Below are positions 24,267-33,450 of a DNA stretch of 41,114 bases, piece after piece (positions within the stretch are counted from its first letter, which is position 1; the number at the start of each line of letters is the position of its first letter). Under the pieces are notes generated by a model. The model searched no databases and was not told the DNA's origin. It saw only the letters and a program-made list of their open reading frames with translations. A program made the translations under genes and the position numbers. The stretch is from Candidatus Micrarchaeota archaeon (lineage in GTDB: Archaea > Micrarchaeota > Micrarchaeia > Norongarragalinales > Norongarragalinaceae): NCBI GenBank assembly GCA_018304285.1, contig JAGVWL010000036.1, positions 1-41,114 on the forward strand, written 5' to 3'.

Positions 24267-25010
24267 TCAAGCCTTCCCGGCTTTAGTGATTTTCTTGAAG
24301 TTTTCGTATATCGTTAGCTCCACTTCCTTTAAAGGCATTTTCCTTAATTCAGCCAGCCGCCCGTACGAAACCAAGACGTTGGAAGGCTCGTTCCTGTCCG
24401 GAGTGTTCAGGCCATACGGCGAGTCTGTTTCCAAAAGCATCCTGTCCAGCGGAGTGTTCCTGAAAATTTTCTTTTGCTCCTTGCTTTTGATTGTGGGAAT
24501 GCTCACGTACATCCCGCAATCTAACGCTTTGGTCAAAAGCTTGGGCTCGAGCCAGAAATGCAAAATGCGGGGCATGGTGTACGAACAAACGATGTCGATT
24601 ACTTGCGCTTCGGCGTCGCGCGTGTGCATTACCACCGGCTTGCCGAGCTTTTGCGCTAGCTCGAGTTGCGCGACGAACGCCTTTTCCTGCGCTTTGTGCT
24701 GCGCAGGGTCTTTGAAGTGGTGGAAGTCCATTCCTATCTCGCCGATGGCGATTGCTTGGCGTGCATTTTGTTCGATGAAAGCCAGTTCTTTTTCTATATC
24801 CGCGTTAGGCACGTCGTGGGGGCTCAAGCCTATTGCGGCGCGCAACGATTTGCCATGCAACGCCGTTTGCTCCAACGCTTTGGCGTTTCCCTCGATGTTG
24901 AAGCCCGTGTTTACCGCAAGCACGTTTTTTTCGAGCATCCGCTCGACTATCCTGATTATGCCTTTCGCGAAAGCGGGATGGTTCAAATGGCAGTGGAAAT
25001 CGATGAACAT
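24267..25010 (-). CDS. tatD: TatD-family metal-dependent hydrolase/DNase
   Basis: MFIDFHCHL...IGEIGMDFHH...PVVMHTRDA...LLETDSPY. Confidence 0.85.
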   Translation of the reverse strand: MFIDFHCHLNHPAFAKGIIRIVERMLEKNVLAVNTGFNIEGNAKALEQTALHGKSLRAAIGLSPHDVPNADIEKELAFIEQNARQAIAIGEIGMDFHHFKDPAQHKAQEKAFVAQLELAQKLGKPVVMHTRDAEAQVIDIVCSYTMPRILHFWLEPKLLTKALDCGMYVSIPTIKSKEQKKIFRNTPLDRMLLETDSPYGLNTPDRNEPSNVLVSYGRLAELRKMPLKEVELTIYENFKKITKAGKA

Positions 25011-25096
25011 GCCTTTTTCACTCGTTTTAAAAACTTGTCGAACTAAATACTTCAGTCTGTTTATATTTGCTTTTTGGGAGAAGGGTGGTTCACAAC

Positions 25097-25501
25097 ATGG
25101 CTGGAGAAGTTATTTACGGTCAAATGGGCGACTTGAAAATCGGAAGGTTCGTCATCGTCGAAGGCGAACCCTGTAAAATCGTGAGCATGGACAAGAGCAA
25201 GCCCGGAAAGCACGGCGCCGCCAAAGTAAACGTCGTCGCAATGTCCCTGCTGTCGGGAAACAAGAAGACTCTCATGAAATCCAGCGACGCCGACGTAGAA
25301 ATTCCCGTCGTAACGCGCAAGAGAGCCCAAATCGTAAGCGCTGCCGGAACCAGCGCGCAGTTGATGGATTCCGAAACTTTTGAAGTGTTCGAAGTTCCCA
25401 TTCCAGAGGAAATGCAGAGCGACGTGGAAGTCGGAAAGGAAATCCAGTACATGGACGTCATGGGCAGACGGCTTTTGCTGAAAGTCAGCGGGGAAAGCTG
25501 A
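25097..25501 (+). CDS. eif5a: Translation initiation factor 5A
   Basis: Hypusine loop MDKSKPGKHGAAKV. ATG at 25097 after GGGTGG. Confidence 0.9.
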   Translation: MAGEVIYGQMGDLKIGRFVIVEGEPCKIVSMDKSKPGKHGAAKVNVVAMSLLSGNKKTLMKSSDADVEIPVVTRKRAQIVSAAGTSAQLMDSETFEVFEVPIPEEMQSDVEVGKEIQYMDVMGRRLLLKVSGES

Positions 25502-25726
25502 ACCCTTTTCTCACGCCAACCGCCTGTCCCCCGTGCTCGTTTCACCCCATTCGAGGCATGCGATGCCTTTTGCACTTGCAAAAAGCGCTGGGGGGTCTTT
25601 GTTCCCGAAAACTCTTTTAAACCCCCGGAGGCATTAGAGTAGATGCCCTTGGCGTTAAGGGCGGGTCGTTTTCATTGCTGCGAAAAGCCTTTAGGCTCGT
25701 CGCGGTGTGTATAAGGTGCATCTAGG

Positions 25727-27758
25727 GTGGAAGAGGAAATACAGCAGTTCCAGGATTACTTTTCAACTTCCCTAAAGCAACAGCTTTACGACCTCGTCGG
25801 CTCGTACCCGCAGAAAAGGAGTTTGGACGTCGACTTGACCGTATTTTCACGCTCTAACCTCGATTTGGCCCAGGCGATTGCGGAAAAGCCCGACCACTAT
25901 TCGAAAGCGGCGGAAGAAGCGCTGCGCAAGAGCGTGGAAAGCTTCGGGCTGATGCCCGAAGGCTTCAAGCCCCGCGTGCGTTTTTACAATTTGCCCGAGA
26001 AAGAGGTTTTAGTCCAGTATTTGGGCGCCGAGCATTTGAACAAGCTCGTGCAAGTGCAGGGCGTGGTCAACCTCATTACCGACATCCGCCCGAAAATCCA
26101 GGTGGCGTTGTGGGAGTGCGCGTATTGCGAGCGCACGACGAAAAACTATCCCGACAACGCGGGGCTCAAGCCCCCGACGCTGTGCGGGCACTGCGGAAAG
26201 AAAGAATTCACACTTCTCGAGGCGACGAGCGATTTCGTCAACACGCAGTATGCGCAACTGCAGGATTTGCTCGAGCGCGTGCAAGGGTCTTCCACTCCCG
26301 CGCACGTCGACTTGTGGTTTGAAGACGATTTGACGAACGTAGTCCTTCCCGGAGAGACGATTACTGTGACGGGCGTGCTTAGGCTCATGCCGAGGATGGA
26401 GAAAGGGAAGGGGAAAAGCTCGATTTACGGAAAGGCTTTCGACGTAGTGTACGTGAAGAAAGAGGAAAAGGAATTCGAGGAAATCGAGATTTCCAAGGAA
26501 GAAGAGCAGAAGATAATCGAATTCTCGCGAAACCCGCGTGTGCGCGAGTTGATTCGCGACAGCATCGCGCCCAGCATTTACGGGCATTTCGAAGTCAAGC
26601 AGTCGATTGCAATGCAGTTGTTCGGCGGCACGCCGGACAAAGTGCTGCCTGACGGGAACAAAGTGCGCAGCGACATTCACGTTTTGCTTATCGGAGACCC
26701 GGGTGTCGCCAAATCGCAGTTGCTCAAGTTTACGGAAAACCTCGCGCCCAAGTGCATTTACGTCGACCGCTTCCGCGGAAAAAGACAAGGCGGGCGAAGG
26801 ATGGGTTTTGAAGGCCGGGGCGCTCGTGCTTGCAAGCGGAGGGCTTGTTGCTATAGACGAATTCGACAAGATGCAGGAGGAAGACCGCGCGAATATTCAC
26901 GAGGCGCTGGAACAGCAGCAAATCAGCATTGCGAAAGCCGGAATCGTCACAAGGTTTAAAGCGAAAACTTCGGTTCTTGCAGCAGCGAACCCCAAGTTCG
27001 GGCGTTTCGACCCCAACACTCCAATAGCAGAACAATTTGAAATTCCCGTGACTTTGCTGTCGCGTTTCGACTTGATTTTCACCATCCGCGATATCATCGA
27101 CGAGGGGCAGGACCGGCGCATGGCCACGCACATTCTCAGCGGGCTGAAATTCGCGGGAGAACGGAAAGCGGGAGTGAAGGTGGAGGAAGCGCAAACGCCT
27201 TCCAACTTGATTTCAACCGACTTGCTGCGAAAGTATATTGCATTCGCCCGCCGCAGCGTTTTCCCCCAGCTGACTCCAGACGCGACCGAGAGAATAAAAG
27301 ATTTTTACGTGCAATTGCGCGCGTTGGGCGCCAAGACGCAGACTTTCCCCGTAACGCCCAGGGATTTGGAGGGGTTGGTGCGCTTGGCTGAAGCGTCGGC
27401 GAAAATGCGGTTGAGCACGCAAGTGGAATTGCAGGACGCCGAGTATGCGATTGCCTTGAAAGACTTCGTATTGAATTTGGTTTTCGTGGACAAGGCGACG
27501 GGAAAAATCGATGCCGACGTGATTTTGACCGGAACGTCGAAAGCCAAGCGCGACAAGATTTTCACGATACTCAACATCGTGCGCGAGCTGCAGCGGGAGT
27601 TCGACATGGTCGAGACGCACGAAGTGCTCAAGCGTGCGACGGAACACGGGGTGGACGAGCAGGATGCGGTGAAGATAATCGACGAGTTGAAGACGAAGGG
27701 CGAATTGTATTCCCCGAAAGCCGGGTTCGTGAAAACCCCGTCAAAGGAATATGGCTAA
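25727..27758 (+). pseudogene. mcm: MCM replicative helicase with an interrupted reading frame (25727..~26761 in one frame, ~26757..27758 in the +1 frame)
   Basis: N-terminal OB/zinc finger CAYCE...CGHCG. Walker A LLIGDPGVAKSQLL. The frame then switches near 26760. The second frame carries GALVLASGGLVAIDEFDKM (Walker B), IHEALEQQQISIAKAGI, SRFDLIF and a C-terminal wHTH. The segment corresponding to GKGSSAAGL is absent. Whether this is a true pseudogene or an assembly error is unresolved. Confidence 0.8.
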
Positions 27759-28809
27759 GTGGGAATTAGCTCGTTTTTTAAACTTCGTTCACTTAAAACT
27801 TTTTCAGGTGGTTGTTTTGAAGAGACTGTTGTTTTTTATTCTGTTGGCTTTCGCAGTTGTAGTTGCAGGGTGCGTGACCGAGTCTCCCGCGCCTACGGCA
27901 ACCCCGCAGGCCAGCGCTACCGCCGCAGTTTCACCCTTGCCTTCGATTGAAGCTACGGCAACACCTTCCCCTACCGTAACCGTTGAAATTCCCACTCCCT
28001 CGCCCGAAGCAAGCAATTACTCTAAGGACGAGCTCGTTTCTGCGTACTTGAAGGCTGTGGACTCGCGCAATTTCGAAAAGGCTTACGGCTTGATTTCCCG
28101 CGACTTCAAGAATGAAGATCCGGATGCATTGACGCTCGAAAAATACGCGGCGCGGATGGAGAAAGACTATCCTTACGGCTTGAACTATACCGGCGCGGCC
28201 GTGGCAGTGGAAAACCCGCGCGAGGTTTTGGTTAAAATCACCAAGGGCGGTTCGATAGTCCAGCAAAAACACAGTTTCATCGTAGTTTTCGAAAGCGGTT
28301 ACTGGAAACTGCGCATTCCCTACCCGACTCCAGGCTTGTTTTACAACTCGAATGTTTCGTTCCAAATGCGTTCGAGCGAAGTGAGCAGGCTGCTGGAACT
28401 TGCGTTGAACGACTACTTTTCGCGCCTTGACGGGAAGTTCAAGGCAACTCCCATCGAACTCACTTTGTTCGATGACGAGAATTTCGTCTACTACGCTTTC
28501 GGTTCGGCGCGGCTCAACCGCAGCGACGGGCTGTCGCGCGAATCGAAGTTTGAAGTTAAGTTCGGCCCGAGCTTTATCGTTGGCGGGCTTTCAAACCGGG
28601 CGGATTTGCTTTCCGACAGGCCGATGTTCTTTGAATACCAGGACGGAATCAAGGCGCAAGGCGGCACCGGCGGGTTTTTCTGCTACTACAGCACTTCCAG
28701 CCTCATCCTGAAAATAAAGCTCGACTGGAGTTTTGCAGACGCGTTTTCGTACGAAGACAACATTTTCGAGCCCGTGGTTTCGGGGCTGAATAAAATATGC
28801 CCGCCTTGA
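27751..28809 (+). CDS. Secreted or lipid-anchored hypothetical protein (352 aa)
   Basis: Signal/lipobox-like LLFFILLAFAVVVAGC, followed by a Pro/Thr/Ala linker. The likely real start is the TTG at 27817 after AGGTGG, since the ATG at 27751 overlaps the mcm end. Confidence 0.6.
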   Translation: MAKWELARFLNFVHLKLFQVVVLKRLLFFILLAFAVVVAGCVTESPAPTATPQASATAAVSPLPSIEATATPSPTVTVEIPTPSPEASNYSKDELVSAYLKAVDSRNFEKAYGLISRDFKNEDPDALTLEKYAARMEKDYPYGLNYTGAAVAVENPREVLVKITKGGSIVQQKHSFIVVFESGYWKLRIPYPTPGLFYNSNVSFQMRSSEVSRLLELALNDYFSRLDGKFKATPIELTLFDDENFVYYAFGSARLNRSDGLSRESKFEVKFGPSFIVGGLSNRADLLSDRPMFFEYQDGIKAQGGTGGFFCYYSTSSLILKIKLDWSFADAFSYEDNIFEPVVSGLNKICPP

Positions 28810-28832
28810 AGGCTTGAGAGTGTCGCGCCGAA

Positions 28833-29675
28833 ATGGAATTCAAGAAAGTGCATTTGCTTCTCCTTGCGTGTTTTTTCCTCGCCCTAGCCGGAGGGCTGTA
28901 CGTGGGGGCGCACTTCATAGCGCAAAAGCTTTCGGTCCCGTTGCCCGTGGAAGATCCATCAAGCGTCGCAAATGTGGGCTTTTTCTTCCTCTACATCTTG
29001 TTCGCGACTGCGCTGATGCTCGTTTTGCTGCGTTATTACCGCGGGCGCAAGCTGTTTCTCATAGCCGAGCTTTTGCTTGAATTTTCCGCAATACAAATCC
29101 TGCTTTCGCTTTTCCTTTCCGACATTTACTCGGGGGCAATCGCACTTGCGGCGGTTTTGGCAAGGGTTTTCGAGACGCGGCTGAAGCAGCCCCTGCTTTT
29201 GATTGCGACCGTAATAGTGGGCGCGCTGCTGGGAAGTTCTTTCGACCTGGTTCCCGCGCTTGCTTTGAGCTTTCTTCTCGCCGCTTACGATTACTACGCA
29301 GTATTCAAGTCAAAGCACATGGTCACGCTTGCGAAGGAATTGCAAAAGCGCGAGGCAGCTTTTGCAATTGAGCTTTCCGTTCCAAGCGCGCCTGGCAAAA
29401 CCAGTTCTTCAGCGGGGAAAAGCAAAACCGTTGAAAAGCCGGCCGGGCGCGGCGAGAGCATCTTGCTCGGGACCGGGGATTTCGTCATTCCAATAATGCT
29501 TTGCGTTTCCATCCTCAAGCTCAGCGTTTTTGCTGCCCTGGTGACGGCGTTGGGCGCTTTCGTCGGGTTGAGCGCACTGCTTTTCGCAATGCAGAAAACG
29601 CGCGGCTATTATCCAGCCTTGCCTCCCATAGTTTTGTTTTCCACGCTGTTCTATGCCGTCACGCTGTTATTTTGA
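28833..29675 (+). CDS. Presenilin/signal-peptide-peptidase homolog (GxGD intramembrane aspartyl protease)
   Basis: Multi-pass membrane protein with YD (LLAAYDYYAVF), GxGD (LLGTGDFVIPI) and PAL (YYPALPPIV) motifs in the canonical order. Confidence 0.75.
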   Translation: MEFKKVHLLLLACFFLALAGGLYVGAHFIAQKLSVPLPVEDPSSVANVGFFFLYILFATALMLVLLRYYRGRKLFLIAELLLEFSAIQILLSLFLSDIYSGAIALAAVLARVFETRLKQPLLLIATVIVGALLGSSFDLVPALALSFLLAAYDYYAVFKSKHMVTLAKELQKREAAFAIELSVPSAPGKTSSSAGKSKTVEKPAGRGESILLGTGDFVIPIMLCVSILKLSVFAALVTALGAFVGLSALLFAMQKTRGYYPALPPIVLFSTLFYAVTLLF

Positions 29676-29749
29676 TTTTCCCGCGGATTCTATATTAATA
29701 TAAACTTCGCCAGGCAAAATAGTATTTCGGAAAAAAGCGGTTTTTTAGA

Positions 29750-30157
29750 ATGGAATCTTACGAAGTCTTGCTAGAGCGCGTGAAGGAAAAGCACTCCGTC
29801 AAAACGTCCTCCGGCGAGCGTTTCGAAACGCCCGTTTTCGTCATAAGCCTAGTGGGAAACAAGACTTACATCAAGAATTTCGAGGACGTGGCCGAGAAAC
29901 TGCGGAGAAGCAAGGAAGTGCTGGCGAAATTCCTGTTCAAAGAGCTTGCGACTCCCGGCGTGATTACGGGGCAGGAGCTCATACTCCAGGCGAAAGTGCA
30001 ATTCCGCCTTTTGCAGGAAAAGCTCCAGAGTTTCATTGAAAGAATGGTCTTGTGCAAGGAGTGCGGAAAGCCCGACACTCACTTGGAACACCACGGGCGC
30101 AACGTGGATTTCGTGGTTTGCGAAGCTTGCGGCGCGAAAAGGCCGGTTTTGTACTAA
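29750..30157 (+). CDS. eif2b: Translation initiation factor 2 beta subunit
   Basis: YEVLLERV...FETPVF...GNKTYIKNF, plus a C-terminal zinc ribbon CKECGKPDT...CEACG. The palindromic TATATTAATATAAA at 29691..29704 may be its TATA box. Confidence 0.9.
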   Translation: MESYEVLLERVKEKHSVKTSSGERFETPVFVISLVGNKTYIKNFEDVAEKLRRSKEVLAKFLFKELATPGVITGQELILQAKVQFRLLQEKLQSFIERMVLCKECGKPDTHLEHHGRNVDFVVCEACGAKRPVLY

Positions 30158-30190
30158 AAATCGTTTGAATTATGTTGTGGGGTTGTTGTT

Positions 30191-30526
30191 TTGCCGTTTT
30201 TCAAGGATCACACTAGGCGTGCGCGTTCGTCGGCACAGCCGAATTTCGAAGAGCGCCTGCGAATGCCACGCAAGGGCGAGATTTTCGGGATAGTGCTGGC
30301 GCTGCAAGGCGGGGCGAGAATGATCGTGCAGTGCGAGGACGCGAAGGAAAGGATGTGCCGCGTGCCCGGAAGCATAAAACGCCAAGTGTGGGTGAAGGAA
30401 GGCGACATTGTTTTGATCGAGCCGTGGAGCGTGCAGGGAGACGAAAAGGCTGACATCACCTACCGCTATACACGGCTGCAGGTGGAAAAGCTGCGCCAGC
30501 GCGGAATCCTCAAAATGCAGATTTGA
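30191..30526 (+). CDS. eif1a: Translation initiation factor 1A
   Basis: S1/OB core GEIFGIVLALQGGARMIVQCEDAKERMCRVPGSIKRQVWVKEGDIVLIEPW. TTG start as given in the track. Confidence 0.9.
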   Translation: MPFFKDHTRRARSSAQPNFEERLRMPRKGEIFGIVLALQGGARMIVQCEDAKERMCRVPGSIKRQVWVKEGDIVLIEPWSVQGDEKADITYRYTRLQVEKLRQRGILKMQI

Positions 30527-30529
30527 AAC

Positions 30530-30928
30530 TTATTGGATTCTTTCAATCGTTTTTATGGCGTCAAAATCAGAATCGAACGATGCTATTTTTCTTATTCCCT
30601 TGCCGTGCATCACCGCGATGCTTAACGCGTCGCAAAAACTGAATTTTTCGTATTTCAAAACCAGGTTCAGCGCCTGCTCTACCTCCTCGCGGGAGGGGAG
30701 TAGCATTTCCACCCTCTGCTTGCTAAAAATCTTGGTCCCCGCTTCGAAAGCCTTTTGAGAGCCGTACCTGGATTTTATCAGCGTTACGACTTCCCCCAAA
30801 ACGTGGTCTGTCAAAACGAGGGTTTCGCCTGTTTTAGCTATTCCTACAAGAACTTCCATGCTCTTCGCATGGTTTTCCTCAACCTCGCAGTAAACCGAAA
30901 TTAAAAATGACGAGTCTAGGAAAATCAC
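30530..30928 (-). CDS. vapC: PIN-domain toxin (VapC-like)
   Basis: MIFLDSSFLI..., SFCDALSIAV and ASFDSDF supply the conserved acidic PIN residues. Confidence 0.8.
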   Translation of the reverse strand: MIFLDSSFLISVYCEVEENHAKSMEVLVGIAKTGETLVLTDHVLGEVVTLIKSRYGSQKAFEAGTKIFSKQRVEMLLPSREEVEQALNLVLKYEKFSFCDALSIAVMHGKGIRKIASFDSDFDAIKTIERIQ

Positions 30929-30933
30929 GTTTT

Positions 30934-31227
30934 TCAGACTCCGTAAACGGTCTTGTCAATTTCTTTCTCGGCATTAAAGCGCTTTCCGCCTTTTATGATT
31001 CCGGCCAGATCAAGGATGCTTCCCGTTTTTTTTCCCTCGCCTATGACTTCGTTTTCATGCGCCTCAGCAAAATTAACTATTTTTTTTACAACCTCGTTGT
31101 CGGAAACGTGCGCTTGGCTTTCAAGCATCATTTTGGCTTTTAACTTCCTGAGCTTCCTCAATACCGGCTTCTCTATCTTCAAAGTAGAATATTCATACAC
31201 TTTTACCACCTTTACTACTTTTACCAC
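30934..31227 (-). CDS. vapB: Putative VapB-type antitoxin
   Basis: Small ORF ending 5 nt upstream of vapC on the same strand. The first 9 codons form a (GTR GTA AAR)x3 tandem repeat. An alternative GTG start at 31200 sits 5 nt after AAGGTGG. Confidence 0.55.
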   Translation of the reverse strand: MVKVVKVVKVYEYSTLKIEKPVLRKLRKLKAKMMLESQAHVSDNEVVKKIVNFAEAHENEVIGEGKKTGSILDLAGIIKGGKRFNAEKEIDKTVYGV

Positions 31228-31285
31228 TTTTCACATTTAATGGTTTGGTTTCAGCGTTTTTAACTGCCGGTTGCATTATTATTGC

Positions 31286-32101
31286 ATGGCTTTAAGGATG
31301 GGGAAGCGGAAGCAACCCACGCGGGAAGAAAAACAAATCAAATACGCGCTCAAGATTACCGACCGGGTTTTGGACGACCAGACCACGCACACGCTAGCCA
31401 TGCTCATGAACGCCAAGGAATTCCGAAACATCGATTACGCGGTTTCGCAAGGCAAGGAAGCGGTCGTGTTTCGCGCGACTTGCCACGACGGCTCTTTTCG
31501 CGCGGTGAAAGTCTTCAAGTTCGAGACGACTGCGTTCCGCAAGATGGTTCCCTACATAGAGGGAGACCCGCGATTTCACGTGGATGCCGTAAAACATTCG
31601 AAGCGCGGTTTGGTGAAAGTTTGGACGCGCAAGGAATACGCGAATTTGAGTGCGTGCGCGCAAGCGGAAGTAAGCGTTCCCCAGCCGTTCGCCATGAAGG
31701 AAAACGTCATAGTCATGGAATTCATCGGCGTGGAAGGAAAGCCTTGCGCCTTGCTGCAAGAGGTCGTAGTGCAAAATCCCGAGGTCGTGTTCAAGCAACT
31801 GCTCGGGGAAATGAGGAAAATGCATTCGGCGGGCATAGTGCACGGAGACTTGAGCCCTTACAACGTCATGCTCTTGCAAAAGGAAAACGAGGACGGCTCT
31901 TTCGAGGAAAAGGCTTTCGTGATTGATTTGGCGCAAGGCGTTTCGCTCAAGCATCCCAAGGCGAAGGAGTTTCTCGAGCGGGACGTTGCGAACGTAGTGC
32001 ATTTCTTTTCGAAACTCGGAGTGGAAAACGAGTTGTGCGACGGGAAAAAAGCGCTGGAATTCATTTTGGGCGAGGGAAAAAAGGCGAAGGTTCGGTTTTA
32101 A
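31286..32101 (+). CDS. rio1: RIO-type serine protein kinase (Rio1-like)
   Basis: SQGKEAVVFRA (STGKEA-like loop), VHGDLSPYNVML catalytic loop and VIDLAQGV metal-binding loop. I prefer the ATG at 31286. Confidence 0.85.
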   Translation: MALRMGKRKQPTREEKQIKYALKITDRVLDDQTTHTLAMLMNAKEFRNIDYAVSQGKEAVVFRATCHDGSFRAVKVFKFETTAFRKMVPYIEGDPRFHVDAVKHSKRGLVKVWTRKEYANLSACAQAEVSVPQPFAMKENVIVMEFIGVEGKPCALLQEVVVQNPEVVFKQLLGEMRKMHSAGIVHGDLSPYNVMLLQKENEDGSFEEKAFVIDLAQGVSLKHPKAKEFLERDVANVVHFFSKLGVENELCDGKKALEFILGEGKKAKVRF

Positions 32102-32139
32102 ATTCGCTTGGCTACTGATTTGCTGTAACGGGTGGTATC

Positions 32140-32469
32140 ATGCCTTCGGGAATAGTGGACAAGAGCATTGACTTGGACGAGCTGCTGAAGAAAGAATCGC
32201 TGGGAAGCGGGGGCGACGCGCCCTTGCGGCAAAAAAAGCTTGCCGACGCTTACGCCTTGCTTTTCAACGCGCTGCAGGAATTGCGGGAGCTGAAGGCGAA
32301 AGGCGATTTCGGCGGACTGCGGCAGGCGAAAAAAGAAGTTTACGATTCCGCGATGAAATGCAAGATTGCCGCCGACGAGCTGAAAGAGTTTCTCGATTTC
32401 CTGGGCGAGCAAGGCGGAAGCGAAAAGCAGGCGCCGGACGGGGAAAAGCGAAGGCGCTACCAACGATAG
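32140..32469 (+). CDS. Hypothetical helical protein (109 aa)
   Basis: Only sizeable ORF in the gap, with charged helical composition. No motif recognised. Confidence 0.4.
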   Translation: MPSGIVDKSIDLDELLKKESLGSGGDAPLRQKKLADAYALLFNALQELRELKAKGDFGGLRQAKKEVYDSAMKCKIAADELKEFLDFLGEQGGSEKQAPDGEKRRRYQR

Positions 32470-32481
32470 AACGGTGTTTTC

Positions 32482-33147
32482 TTGATTGTTTTGAACCTCA
32501 AGGCTTACGCGGAATCTTCGGGAGAAAACGGTTTGAAGCTAATCAAAACCGCCCATTCGATTTCAAAAAAAACGAAAAAGAAAATAATCGTGTGCCCCCC
32601 GCCGACGCACTTGCACTACGCACGAAAAAATTCCACTCCCAACTTTTGGTTTTTCGCGCAGCATGTGGATGCTAACGAGCAAGGCGCTTTCACCGGCAGC
32701 CTTACGCTCGAAGCGGTTTTTGAAGAAGGGTGCAAGGGAACGCTAATCAACCATTCCGAAAAGAAAGTTTCTTTCGAACACGCCCGCTTGGTTGTAGAGA
32801 ATGCCCGAAAGCTGGGTGTGAAAACAATAATTTGCGCCGACAGCGTAGAGAAAGGAATTCTTTTCGCGCAATTGAAGCCTTGGGCTATTGCAATAGAGCC
32901 TCCGGAACTCATCGGGACAGGCGTAAGCGTTTCGAAAGCGAGGCCCGAAGTCGTTGCAAATGCCGTGCACAAGCTTAAAGCAATGGACAAAAGCATAATC
33001 GTGCTTGTGGGTGCGGGCGTTTCAAACGCCGAAGACTACCGAAAATGTTTGGAGCTGGGGGCCGAAGGGGTTTTGCTTGCGAGTGCTTTCGTCAAGGCGA
33101 AAAACCCGCGCGAGTGGCTGCAGTCGCTGGCCGACGTCAAAGTTTGA
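32482..33147 (+). CDS. tpiA: Triosephosphate isomerase (archaeal type)
   Basis: IVLNLKAY...AQHVD...GAFTG...TLINHSEKK...IAIEPPELIGTG. TTG start. Confidence 0.9.
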   Translation: MIVLNLKAYAESSGENGLKLIKTAHSISKKTKKKIIVCPPPTHLHYARKNSTPNFWFFAQHVDANEQGAFTGSLTLEAVFEEGCKGTLINHSEKKVSFEHARLVVENARKLGVKTIICADSVEKGILFAQLKPWAIAIEPPELIGTGVSVSKARPEVVANAVHKLKAMDKSIIVLVGAGVSNAEDYRKCLELGAEGVLLASAFVKAKNPREWLQSLADVKV

Positions 33148-33214
33148 GCGTTTTTGCACAAAGTTTTTAACTTTTCGCCAGCCGGTTATTTAACTTTCCT
33201 CGTTCTCCTTACGC

Positions 33215-33424
33215 TTGGCGTTAGTTTTTTTTCGCTTTAGCCTCTCCTATCGGATTCGGAAACCCGCCAGTTGCTGGAAAAACGTGGACTTAGTGCAGGC
33301 ACTCTTGGGACTCGCGGTTTTCTATTTTCTCGTTTTTGCGGGCGGAAGCCTGGTGGAAAACGAAACACTCCTGCTCCTCGCTCTGGCGATAGGCGTTTAC
33401 TACTGGGTTTCCATCCAGTCTTGA
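33215..33424 (+). CDS. Possible small 2-TM membrane protein
   Basis: LVQALLGLAVFYFLVFAGG and LLLLALAIGVYYWV. The start is uncertain: TTG at 33215 or GTG at 33284. Confidence 0.3.
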   Translation: MALVFFRFSLSYRIRKPASCWKNVDLVQALLGLAVFYFLVFAGGSLVENETLLLLALAIGVYYWVSIQS

Positions 33425-33450
33425 CCGACGGTTTTTGCCGGCGCGCTCGG

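Noticed and set aside
24286-25176. 296-aa plus-strand ORF across tatD.
   Set aside because: It is antisense to a well-supported TatD frame (HCH, EIGMD and DSPY motifs) and has Ser/Cys-rich composition.
26756-26765. Programmed +1 ribosomal frameshift as the explanation for the mcm frame break.
   Set aside because: A simple frameshift would not restore the missing conserved GKGSSAAGL segment, and I saw no recognisable slippery or stimulatory signal. A deletion or assembly error is more parsimonious, so this is kept only as a minor alternative.
26009-26869. 286-aa minus-strand ORF within mcm.
   Set aside because: It is antisense to clear MCM motifs and is a shadow ORF.
25727-27758. Intein in MCM (a common host site is the Walker A region).
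   Set aside because: There is no large insertion and no Cys/Ser...HN junctions. The anomaly is a loss of sequence, not a gain.
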